Positions 7,702-15,872 of a DNA stretch of 43,346 nucleotides are shown piece by piece. Within the stretch, counting starts at the first letter, position 1, and every line of letters begins with the position of its first letter. This DNA comes from a phage. Made by a program: the position numbers and the translations under genes. Where the stretch lies: NCBI GenBank assembly GCA_031490115.1, contig GCA_031490115.1_4355.1. One strand, written 5' to 3'. Below the pieces are notes generated by a model that made no database searches, had not been told where the DNA came from, and saw only the letters and a program-made list of their open reading frames with translations.

Positions 7702-8211
7702 ATGTTAGAACAATTCTTAAAATTACTGGAGCGTTTCGTAGTTGCACATGAACTGATTGCTGCGAACAGTGCACGCCGTACCGAACTGCCGAAGGCTATC
7801 ACGGCGCCATATGGTAAAGACGTCGACAGTGGTGTCGCAGAAACTGCAACAATCACGCCTACTGTTGTAAAAGAAGAAACAAAAGAAATCCCGGTTGAAG
7901 GTGAAGACGTCGTTGACACCAAACCAGCAGAAGAAGAGAAGCCGAAACGCAAGCCGCGTAAACCTAAAGTAGAGGAGTCTACGCCAGAACCGGAAGAAGA
8001 GGTCGATTACAAGTCTCTGCGTGACCAGATTCAGGCCATCGACGATGCAATTAATGAAGGTCCTAGCGATGCCGCGTGCGACGATTCTGATGAACTGCTG
8101 GAAGAGTTCACTGGTAAGAAAATGAAGATTGCAGCGATTAAAGACGAAGACCTGGCTGAATACCTGGAACGCCTGACAGCAATCAAGAACAAGTATTTCG
8201 AAGAAGAATAA
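7702..8211 (+). CDS. hypothetical highly acidic protein
   Basis: 169 aa, Glu/Asp-rich with one basic patch KPKRKPRKPK; SD AGGAGAG upstream. Confidence 0.5.
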   Translation: MLEQFLKLLERFVVAHELIAANSARRTELPKAITAPYGKDVDSGVAETATITPTVVKEETKEIPVEGEDVVDTKPAEEEKPKRKPRKPKVEESTPEPEEEVDYKSLRDQIQAIDDAINEGPSDAACDDSDELLEEFTGKKMKIAAIKDEDLAEYLERLTAIKNKYFEEE

Positions 8212-8254
8212 CTATCAGGCGGCCTTCGGGCCGCTTTAACGGAGGGGCGGAAAT

Positions 8255-8527
8255 ATGATTTACCAACTCTACCGCGCCGTAGACAGGCGGGATAACACAG
8301 AGGCGTTGTGGCTGTTGCGTGCGCCGTCCGGTGCGCACCAGATGGAAGAGATGGCGTACTTAGGCAAAGTACCGCGTCCTAAAGATATAGGTCGTCACGT
8401 GTCGCAGATTAAGCGCACGACATTCGCCAAGCCCGACTTTTATGTCTTCGAGTCGATGTATGGATGGGCCTTACATTGCGACCACAAGACACGGCATTTA
8501 ATTGACCAGTGGGAGAACAGAGCATGA
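8255..8527 (+). CDS. hypothetical protein
   Basis: 90-aa ORF behind GGAGGGG; ATGA overlap with the nuclease gene. Confidence 0.45.
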   Translation: MIYQLYRAVDRRDNTEALWLLRAPSGAHQMEEMAYLGKVPRPKDIGRHVSQIKRTTFAKPDFYVFESMYGWALHCDHKTRHLIDQWENRA

Positions 8528-9765
8528 TTCTAAAAGAACGCGGTGGCAATAATGATGTGCACGCCTTATTGTCGCCGTCAGGTGCTAAGAAGTGGCTGAC
8601 GTGCAGTGCATCACTGGCCTGTGAAAAAGATATCCCTAACACGTCGGGTAAAGCCGCTGTATTAGGAACCGCCATGCACACCATAGCTGAGGTCCATCTC
8701 AACGCCTATATACGCGGCACTGCGTTGCCGTTGGAGCGTGAAGTCGGCGCTTACGTACTGGATGAAGGCAAAGGTCAGATTAAGGCGCTAATCAGCCCGA
8801 TGAAAGGCGCGGTACTGATTACGGCGGACATGATTGAGCAGGTGCGCAAGTACACCGACTACTGCAAAGCGATTATAGACGTAGCGACTTACGCCAAGCT
8901 GGAAATGCGTGTCAATCTTACTGAGGTATTGCATCCGGGGTATGAAGGCGTTGAGACGTTCGGAACCGCTGATCTCGTTGCTGTCCAGGAACTGGCAAAC
9001 ACCGACGAGCACATGCTCATTATCGGCGACCTGAAAACCGGGCGGCATCGCGTCGAAGCGAAAGAAAACAAGCAGCTTATGCTTTACGCTCTCGGTGTTT
9101 ATCGTCGACTCAAGAGACGTTATAACATAACAACCGTTCGTCTGGTCATCTTCCAGCCTTACGCTGGGGGTGCGACAGAGTGGGGCATCTCGGTTGAAGG
9201 ACTGGAACTGTTCGCTAAGTTCGCACAGAAACGCGCGCTGTTAGCGCTTGATGCGTATTTCCGTGGCAAGAAGAACCTGAAAGCGTCGGACTTCAAGCCA
9301 TCGGTAGATGGTTGTCAGTGGTGCCGGTTCTCTGAACAATGCGCTGCGCGTACAAAGACGGTTAATTCTGTACTGGCGGAAGAACTGGAAGACGACTTTG
9401 TGCTGGAACTGACGCCGGAGCAACTCGTAGCTGAGTATGAGAAGTTGCCGCTGTTGCGCCAGCACATCGACAAGGTTGAGAAAGCTATGGCGGCCGCGTT
9501 GCATTCAGGTAAGAAAGTTCCTGGTTACAAGTTGGTTGAGGGCCGCCCGGGCAATCGTGCGTGGAAAGACGCAGAGAAAGTGGCTGGCAAGTATGGCATA
9601 GCGCTAATGAAGCAAGTGCTCATGACGCCAACCGAAGCGGCTAAAGTCATACCGGAAGATGAACTGAAAGACTTCATTACCCGTAAGCCAGGCGCACCAT
9701 GTGTTGCAACGGCAGACGACAAACGTCCTGAGTGGAATAGGGTAACAGAGGAGGATTTAGAATGA
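8524..9765 (+). CDS. PD-(D/E)xK nuclease, Cas4-like (DUF2800-type)
   Basis: N-terminus HALLSPSGAKKWLTC, then GTAMH, DLKTG, and a C-terminal Cys cluster CQWCRFSEQC, as in Cas4/DUF2800 phage exonucleases. Confidence 0.7.
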   Translation: MILKERGGNNDVHALLSPSGAKKWLTCSASLACEKDIPNTSGKAAVLGTAMHTIAEVHLNAYIRGTALPLEREVGAYVLDEGKGQIKALISPMKGAVLITADMIEQVRKYTDYCKAIIDVATYAKLEMRVNLTEVLHPGYEGVETFGTADLVAVQELANTDEHMLIIGDLKTGRHRVEAKENKQLMLYALGVYRRLKRRYNITTVRLVIFQPYAGGATEWGISVEGLELFAKFAQKRALLALDAYFRGKKNLKASDFKPSVDGCQWCRFSEQCAARTKTVNSVLAEELEDDFVLELTPEQLVAEYEKLPLLRQHIDKVEKAMAAALHSGKKVPGYKLVEGRPGNRAWKDAEKVAGKYGIALMKQVLMTPTEAAKVIPEDELKDFITRKPGAPCVATADDKRPEWNRVTEEDLE

Positions 9766-9965
9766 TTCAAGTAAATGAAATGCCCACAGATAAAGATTTT
9801 GTGATGATATGGCGCTGGGGCGGTTATATCCATTCGGAATCGTTTACGTTCCTGAACGGCACGATGGTGCGATACAACCATGTGGAGGATGAATTCGAAC
9901 CCGTTGATATGAATGATTTCGAGAACATAGTCCGTATTGCGAAATTTTATTTGACACCTGAATAG
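9762..9965 (+). CDS. hypothetical protein
   Basis: 67 aa, coupled through GAGGAGGATTTAGAATGA. Confidence 0.45.
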   Translation: MIQVNEMPTDKDFVMIWRWGGYIHSESFTFLNGTMVRYNHVEDEFEPVDMNDFENIVRIAKFYLTPE

Positions 9966-9979
9966 TTAGCTATTATAGT
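9951..9979 (+). promoter_or_regulatory. sigma70-like promoter (TTGACA-N17-TATAGT)
   Basis: TTGACA 9951-9956, spacer with GAATAG-ttag-CTATT, TATAGT 9974-9979. Confidence 0.65.
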
Positions 9980-10038
9980 TCTAATCACTGACCGGGCAGC
10001 TTCCCGGAGTAAACGAAACTTAAAAGCGAGAAATTAAG

Positions 10039-10665
10039 ATGGGTATTAAACTGAATCTGCGTAAAGTAAACACTGCTTGGGTTAACGTATTTGAACGTGA
10101 AAAAGACCGTGAAAACGATGATGGCTCAATCACTAAAGGCCAGTACAGCGCGACTATCATCCTGCCGTCTGACCATGCTCAAATCGATGCACTCTACGAC
10201 ACCGTTTACGCTGTAGTTGAAGAAGCGTTAGGCGCAGCCGCTGCCGAGAAATGGATGAAGTCCAACTACGGTGAAGGTAAGCACATGGATAAATGCGCGA
10301 TTAAAGACATTGCCGAGCGCGACAATCCGTTTGAAGACTTCCCGGAAGGCTTCTACTTCAAAGCGAAGGCACAGAAACAGCCGCTGATTGTAACCTCTAA
10401 AAAAGGTGAGACTCAGGTAGAGCAGGACTTCAACGTAGACGGCGAACAGATTGAAGGTGAACAGGTTTACAGCGGATGCTTAGCTAACGTAAGCGTTGAA
10501 ATCTGGTTCAGCCAGAAATACAAAGTCCTCGGCGTTAACCTGCTGGCGATTAAATACGTTGGCGAAGGCAAAGCGTTCGGCGGTTCTAAAGTCGCCGCGA
10601 GCGTCAATGACCTGGAAGATGACGAAGAAGATGAAGTACCGCGCCGTGAACGTCGTCGCCGCTAA
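10039..10665 (+). CDS. putative ssDNA-binding protein (DUF2815-like)
   Basis: 208 aa with an acidic C-terminal tail DLEDDEEDEV; lies between the Cas4-like nuclease and the DNA polymerase, as in the DUF2800-DUF2815-PolA module. Confidence 0.5.
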   Translation: MGIKLNLRKVNTAWVNVFEREKDRENDDGSITKGQYSATIILPSDHAQIDALYDTVYAVVEEALGAAAAEKWMKSNYGEGKHMDKCAIKDIAERDNPFEDFPEGFYFKAKAQKQPLIVTSKKGETQVEQDFNVDGEQIEGEQVYSGCLANVSVEIWFSQKYKVLGVNLLAIKYVGEGKAFGGSKVAASVNDLEDDEEDEVPRRERRRR

Positions 10666-10685
10666 TATCTGAATCAATTTTAACT

Positions 10686-10708
10686 AAGGCCCTTCATTGG
10701 GCCTTTTT
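10686..10708 (+). terminator. rho-independent terminator
   Basis: GGCCC-ttcatt-GGGCC followed by TTTTT. Confidence 0.65.
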
Positions 10709-10725
10709 ACTAGGGGTCAAAAATA

Positions 10726-12906
10726 ATGAGTTACCTGTTCTTAGACTTTGAAACATTCTCAGAAGCCGATTTGAAGAAAGTCGGTTCTTACGCTTACGCC
10801 GAACACCCGTCAACCGAAGTGCTTATCTGTACATATGCTTTTGACGACGAACCTGTGCGGGTATGGGATTGCACCGACGGCAGCGACATGCCGGTGGGTT
10901 TACACCGCGCACTGCGCCGCCTTGTTAAGCCCAACAGCCGCATCAAGATGGTGTGGCACAACGGCTCAATGTTCGACAGGCTCATCATGAAACACTGCTG
11001 GGGCTTTGATATTCCCGTAAGCAACACCATTGATACGATGATTTGGGCGTTTCGTCACGCGCTGCCGGGTTCACTTGACGCATTGTGCGAAGTGCTTGGC
11101 GTGTCCGCCGACAACGCGAAAGACAAACGAGGCAAGGCGCTGATTCAGCGTTTCTCTAAACCGACGCCGAAGAACTACAAAATCCGCCGCTACACCGCTG
11201 AAACACATCCCGATGAGTGGGCGCTGTTCATCAAGTATGCCGTTAGCGACATTACTGCGATGCGTGAAGTCTTCCATAAGCTGCCGCGGTGGGGTAACTC
11301 GGAGTTCGAAGACCGTGTACTGGAACTGGACCAGTTAATCAATGACCGTGGGTTTAAGGTTGACGTCGCGCTGGCGGAAGCTGCAATTGAAGCTGTGGAG
11401 AAACACAAGGCGCAGTTACAGGAAGAAGCCCAACGCAATTACGGCGGCTCACTTACCGGTAAAGACTTTCTGCCTATTCTGCGTGAACTCGCCCCCGCGC
11501 ACCGCATCCACAATGCACAGAAGTCGACGCTGAATGACCTTCTTGCTGATGATGATTTACCGGACGACGCCCGGATGATTATCGAAATGCGCCTCGGGGC
11601 CGCGTCAACAGCGTCAACGAAATATACCCCGCTGCTGCTGGGCCGCTCTTCGGACGACCGCCGACGCGGTTGCATACAGTATGGTGGAGCTAAGCGTACA
11701 TTACGATTTGCCGGTAAAGGCTTCCAGCCGCAGAACCTGGCGCGCGGGTACTATCATGATGATGAACTGGATAAAGGCATTTCTGCGTTACTTAAGGGCC
11801 GTGCGCACCGCCGATTTGACGTAGCCAAGCTAACGGCATCGACGGTTCGCAGTTGCATCATACCGGAAGCAGGGCATAAGTTTGTCGTCGCCGATTACTC
11901 TAACGTTGAGGGTCGCGGGCTTGCGTGGCTGGCAGGCGAAGAAACCGCGCTAGATACGTTCCGCGCCGGGCTGGATATTTACTGCGTAACAGCGGGTAAG
12001 ATGTTCGGCATGGAGCCGGATTACATTAAGAAGGAACGTAAAGACTTACGCCAGATTGGTAAGGCCTGCGAACTTGGACTCGGCTACGCCGGGGGTGTTG
12101 GTGCTTTCGTTCAGTTTGCTAAGAACCTCGGCCTCGACCTTGTTGATATGGCTAAAACAATGGACGGGACATTCCCCGACCACATATGGGCTTCTACCGC
12201 GCGCGGGTACGAGTGGGCGCGTATTCAGGAAGCCAAGCGACCACCGCGTCCGGGTGAAAAGGATGACCGACCATCATATATTCTTGATAAGAAAGTCTGG
12301 CGTACATGCGACGCAATTAAGCGTATGTGGCGGGAGTCCCACCCGGAAACAGTAGCTTTCTGGCGTGATATTGAAGACGCAGCTATGGCAGCAATCCGTA
12401 ATCCGGGGAAAGAGTTCACCGCTGGCCCTCGCGGGGTTAAGTTTTCTCGCAACGTAGAAACGGACAACAACGGCAACAAAGTCGCTGGTTGGTGGTTGCG
12501 CATGACGTTGCCGTCAGGTCGCGTTATGTCATACCCGGGCGTCGGGTTGAGCGTGTCAAAAGAGACAGACGAAGACGGAAAAGTTTCTACTAACGTGCGC
12601 ATCAAGTATCAGGGTGAAAATCAGTTAACCAGGCAGTGGGGCTTCCAGTACACCTACTCCGGTAAACTGGTGGAAAACTGCACTCAGGCACTGTGCCGTG
12701 ACTTGCTGGCTAATGCGCTACTTAACGTTGAAGCAAACGGCTACCCGATTGTACTTCACGTACACGATGAGATTATCTGCGAGACACCAGATTTACCAGA
12801 ATACAATGTTGCAGAGCTTGAGCGATTGATGTGCGAATTACCAGAATGGGCGGAGGGGTTCCCTCTTGTAGCGGAAGGTCAGGAGTTAAAACGCTATGCT
12901 AAGTAA
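10726..12906 (+). CDS. family A DNA polymerase with 3'-5' exonuclease domain
   Basis: 726 aa; Exo I LDFETFS, O-helix-like RQIGKACELGLGYAGG, motif C VHDEII. Confidence 0.9.
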   Translation: MSYLFLDFETFSEADLKKVGSYAYAEHPSTEVLICTYAFDDEPVRVWDCTDGSDMPVGLHRALRRLVKPNSRIKMVWHNGSMFDRLIMKHCWGFDIPVSNTIDTMIWAFRHALPGSLDALCEVLGVSADNAKDKRGKALIQRFSKPTPKNYKIRRYTAETHPDEWALFIKYAVSDITAMREVFHKLPRWGNSEFEDRVLELDQLINDRGFKVDVALAEAAIEAVEKHKAQLQEEAQRNYGGSLTGKDFLPILRELAPAHRIHNAQKSTLNDLLADDDLPDDARMIIEMRLGAASTASTKYTPLLLGRSSDDRRRGCIQYGGAKRTLRFAGKGFQPQNLARGYYHDDELDKGISALLKGRAHRRFDVAKLTASTVRSCIIPEAGHKFVVADYSNVEGRGLAWLAGEETALDTFRAGLDIYCVTAGKMFGMEPDYIKKERKDLRQIGKACELGLGYAGGVGAFVQFAKNLGLDLVDMAKTMDGTFPDHIWASTARGYEWARIQEAKRPPRPGEKDDRPSYILDKKVWRTCDAIKRMWRESHPETVAFWRDIEDAAMAAIRNPGKEFTAGPRGVKFSRNVETDNNGNKVAGWWLRMTLPSGRVMSYPGVGLSVSKETDEDGKVSTNVRIKYQGENQLTRQWGFQYTYSGKLVENCTQALCRDLLANALLNVEANGYPIVLHVHDEIICETPDLPEYNVAELERLMCELPEWAEGFPLVAEGQELKRYAK

Positions 12907-13027
12907 ACTGATTATCGCGGTACTGGCGGGATTTGCCGCAGGTGTCTACTGTCACGAGGGTCAATACGGCATGATGGTTGCCATATTGGGCATGTTCATC
13001 GCAATTTATCTGTGGGTGCTGGAATGA
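12896..13027 (+). CDS. tiny hydrophobic peptide (43 aa)
   Basis: First of three ORFs chained by ATGA overlaps; single predicted TM helix. Confidence 0.3.
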   Translation: MLSKLIIAVLAGFAAGVYCHEGQYGMMVAILGMFIAIYLWVLE

Positions 13028-13113
13028 AAATTTACCGGTTCTACGAAGAAGACTGCCGAATCTGTCCGCGCTGCGGGATTGAGCATACGAAACGTGAGGG
13101 GTGTGTATTATGA
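13024..13113 (+). CDS. tiny Cys-rich peptide (29 aa)
   Basis: CRICPRCG motif; ATGA-coupled on both sides. Confidence 0.25.
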   Translation: MKIYRFYEEDCRICPRCGIEHTKREGCVL

Positions 13114-13262
13114 CAATGTTTGTATTTAGGACCATAGTAACCATGCTCGCACTGTTACTCGGCGCGGGAATAGCTGCGATGTTCTGTTACGGCCTGTTCT
13201 TTCAGTTTGCCGGTGTTGCCCTTCTAGGCGGGGCTTTCCTTACCTGGATGCTGCGGTCATGA
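13110..13262 (+). CDS. tiny hydrophobic peptide (50 aa)
   Basis: Two hydrophobic stretches; TGA overlaps the VRR-NUC start. Confidence 0.3.
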   Translation: MTMFVFRTIVTMLALLLGAGIAAMFCYGLFFQFAGVALLGGAFLTWMLRS

Positions 13263-13543
13263 CTAAAGAGGGCCGCATCCAGAAATACGCAAAAGAGCGA
13301 TTTGAGGCCATCGGGGGCCTCGTCCGTAAACTGTCTTATGAGGGGCGCTCCGGCGCTCCCGACCTGCTGGTAATTCTCCCGGGCGGCATCGTCTGGTTCG
13401 TCGAGGTGAAGAAAGACGAAAGCACGAAGCCTGACCCACACCAGTTACGAGAGCATGAGCGGATGCGTAAACGTGGTGCGAATGTTTTTGTCGTCGGGTC
13501 GTTCAAACAGGTTGACGACCTAGTAGCGAGCTATTATAGTTAG
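13259..13543 (+). CDS. VRR-NUC domain nuclease
   Basis: 94 aa; PDLLVILPGG...FVEVK is the PD-(D/E)xK core of VRR-NUC proteins. Confidence 0.75.
   Translation: MTKEGRIQKYAKERFEAIGGLVRKLSYEGRSGAPDLLVILPGGIVWFVEVKKDESTKPDPHQLREHERMRKRGANVFVVGSFKQVDDLVASYYS
13512..13540 (+). promoter_or_regulatory. sigma70-like promoter (TTGACG-N17-TATAGT)
   Basis: Lies in the 3' end of the VRR-NUC gene; same spacer dyad family. Confidence 0.55.
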
Positions 13544-13573
13544 TCATACACCAACAATATAAGGAATTGAGAA

Positions 13574-13768
13574 ATGAAACACGAATATGACCGCAAACCA
13601 GCACGTGACATCGTACCTGGCGACATGATTTTCAACGTTAAGACCCGCCAGCCTGTTGCCGTTGATACTGTGTTCGTCGAGTCAAACGGTAAACTGGTTA
13701 TCGAAGATGTAACAAGCAACGTTACCGCGTTCGGGCGTAAAGAGCTGGTACTCTACGTTAAGGATTGA
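13574..13768 (+). CDS. hypothetical protein
   Basis: 64-aa ORF behind AAGGAA. Confidence 0.45.
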   Translation: MKHEYDRKPARDIVPGDMIFNVKTRQPVAVDTVFVESNGKLVIEDVTSNVTAFGRKELVLYVKD

Positions 13769-15195
13769 ACATGTCTAAATTTATCCGTCGAGAGTACCAG
13801 AAGCTCATGACCTCGTTCATGCTGCAACACCCGCGCTGTAATATCTGGTGCGGAATGGGGGGAGGTAAAACCTCCTCCACTATGTGGGTGCTCAACCGCC
13901 TGTTCCGCAACGGGCAGCTTACGGAAGAGGACCGCGTGTTAATCCTTGCCCCGTTACGTGTTGCGTCCGGTACGTGGCCCGCTGAACAAGAGAAATGGCA
14001 ATTCCCTTGTCTGCGTGTCGTAGATGCAACTGGTTCGGAGAAGCGCCGCATCGCAGCGCTGGAGTCAGATGCTAACGTGGTGTGCACTAACTACGAAGTT
14101 ATCGAGTGGCTAATTGACTACTACGGCAAAGACGACTGGCCTTTTACGGTTATCGTTGCCGATGAAAGCACGAAGCTTAAATCGTTCCGCAGCCGTTCGG
14201 GTGGTAGCAAGCGGGCAAAGGCGCTCAGCAAGGTTGCGTTCGGAAAGGTTAAGCGTTTCATCAACCTGACAGGCACACCGTCACCAAACGGCCTCAAAGA
14301 CTTGTGGGGTCAGAACTGGTTTATCGACGCTGGCGAGCGCCTCGGCTCTTCGTACACAGCATTCACCGACCGCTGGTTTAACTCGGTACAGAAAGGTAAA
14401 TCGGCCATGGCCCGCGAGTATCATGCACGACCGGGTGCGGATAATGAGATTCATCAGAAGATGAAAGACATCAGCCTGACCATAGACCCTGCCGAGTGGT
14501 TTGGTTGTGAAGCGCCTGTTATCGTACCGGTGGAAATAGACCTGCCGAAGAAAGCGCGTCAGGCGTACATAGATATGGAGGAGAAGTTATTCGCAGAACT
14601 GGAGAGCGGGGAAGTTGAAGCGGCTAACGCTGCGGCGAAGACCTCAAAGTGCTTGCAGATTGCATCTGGTGCTGTATATGTAACCGGGCCAGACGGCGAA
14701 GCAACCAAAGAATGGGAGAAAGTGCACGACACGAAACTGGATGCGCTCGAGTCGATTGTTGAGGAGTTGCAGGGTGCGCCGTTGCTGGTAGCCTATCAGT
14801 TTAAACACGAACTGGAGCGTATCCTTAAGCGATTCCCACAGGCACAGGCGTTCGCCAAAGGCGCTAGGGGGAACAAGCAGATGGAAGCGTGGAACCGTGG
14901 GGAAATCGAGATTTTATGCGTGCATCCTGCGTCAGCCGGGCATGGTTTGAATTTACAGGACGGGGGTCATCATCTGGCGTTCGTCTCGCAAGGCTGGAAC
15001 CTTGAGCACTATTTGCAGGTTGTCGAGCGCATAGGTCCAACACGCCAGAAACAGGCGGGTCACGAGCGCCCGGTGTTCCTTTATCACATCGTTGCTAAAG
15101 ACACTCTGGACGAGGTTGTCGCCGCGCGTACCGACGAGAAGAAATCGGTACAGGAAGAGTTGCTTAATTACATGAAGAGACGAGGTAAGAAATGA
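13765..15195 (+). CDS. DEAD/DEAH-box (SNF2-like) DNA helicase
   Basis: Walker A GMGGGKTS, motif II VIVADESTKL, motif III LTGTPSPN, C-terminal helicase domain. Confidence 0.8.
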   Translation: MNMSKFIRREYQKLMTSFMLQHPRCNIWCGMGGGKTSSTMWVLNRLFRNGQLTEEDRVLILAPLRVASGTWPAEQEKWQFPCLRVVDATGSEKRRIAALESDANVVCTNYEVIEWLIDYYGKDDWPFTVIVADESTKLKSFRSRSGGSKRAKALSKVAFGKVKRFINLTGTPSPNGLKDLWGQNWFIDAGERLGSSYTAFTDRWFNSVQKGKSAMAREYHARPGADNEIHQKMKDISLTIDPAEWFGCEAPVIVPVEIDLPKKARQAYIDMEEKLFAELESGEVEAANAAAKTSKCLQIASGAVYVTGPDGEATKEWEKVHDTKLDALESIVEELQGAPLLVAYQFKHELERILKRFPQAQAFAKGARGNKQMEAWNRGEIEILCVHPASAGHGLNLQDGGHHLAFVSQGWNLEHYLQVVERIGPTRQKQAGHERPVFLYHIVAKDTLDEVVAARTDEKKSVQEELLNYMKRRGKK

Positions 15196-15707
15196 TGGAT
15201 TTCGAAGAGTTTCTACTTAAAGCTCATCTGCTGGCGCGTGGGTTTGACGCTGACCGTCTCCAGGTAGTCTTAGCCCCTGGAGTAGCTACGTTTTACCTGT
15301 GGGGGTTTGACGGTAGGCTTCGCGGATACCAGCATTACAAACCACATGCCGAAAAGAACTGTAAAAACCCTAAAGACGCGCGGTACTTTACCAGAACAAC
15401 AAGGCCGTGTTTATGGGGGCTTGAGTATTTGCCGGAAAGCGGGGTGGTATTTGTTACCGAAAGCATATTCAAAGCCGTAGCCTTGATGAATTGCGGGTTC
15501 AATGCTGTAAGCGCACTGGGGTCAAATATATCAACAGACCTACGGCAGCAAATGTCACTTTTGCCGTATGACTGGGTGTGCGCTGGCGACAATGATAAAG
15601 CTGGATTAAAGTTCAGCAAAACATTCACCAGAGGATTTGTATCTAACGACCTTGATGAACTTTGTGAAGAAGAAATAACGTATCTTGCGAGGAAATTTAC
15701 CAGATGA
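15192..15707 (+). CDS. Toprim-domain protein (primase-like)
   Basis: VVFVTESIFKAVAL (conserved Glu) and CAGDNDKAG (DxD) fit a Toprim fold. Confidence 0.5.
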   Translation: MMDFEEFLLKAHLLARGFDADRLQVVLAPGVATFYLWGFDGRLRGYQHYKPHAEKNCKNPKDARYFTRTTRPCLWGLEYLPESGVVFVTESIFKAVALMNCGFNAVSALGSNISTDLRQQMSLLPYDWVCAGDNDKAGLKFSKTFTRGFVSNDLDELCEEEITYLARKFTR

Positions 15708-15841
15708 ACATCATAGCCCCAATTCCGGCATTGCAAAAACGTATCAAGGAACTCGAAGAAGAGGTTCTGCGGCTACGTCAGCAAAGAGACGCCGCTAATG
15801 CGCAACTGGCGTTTGTACTGGAGAAGTTATCAGAAGAGTAG
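15704..15841 (+). CDS. small coiled-coil protein (45 aa)
   Basis: ATGA-coupled ORF, heptad-like KELEEEVLRLRQQRD. Confidence 0.35.
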   Translation: MNIIAPIPALQKRIKELEEEVLRLRQQRDAANAQLAFVLEKLSEE

Positions 15842-15844
15842 AGA

Positions 15845-15872
15845 AAAGGCCCCGTTTGGGGCCTTAGTTTAT
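15845..15872. terminator. bidirectional terminator between the replication module and the tail genes
   Basis: GGCCCC-gttt-GGGGCC flanked by A-rich and T-rich runs. Confidence 0.65.
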
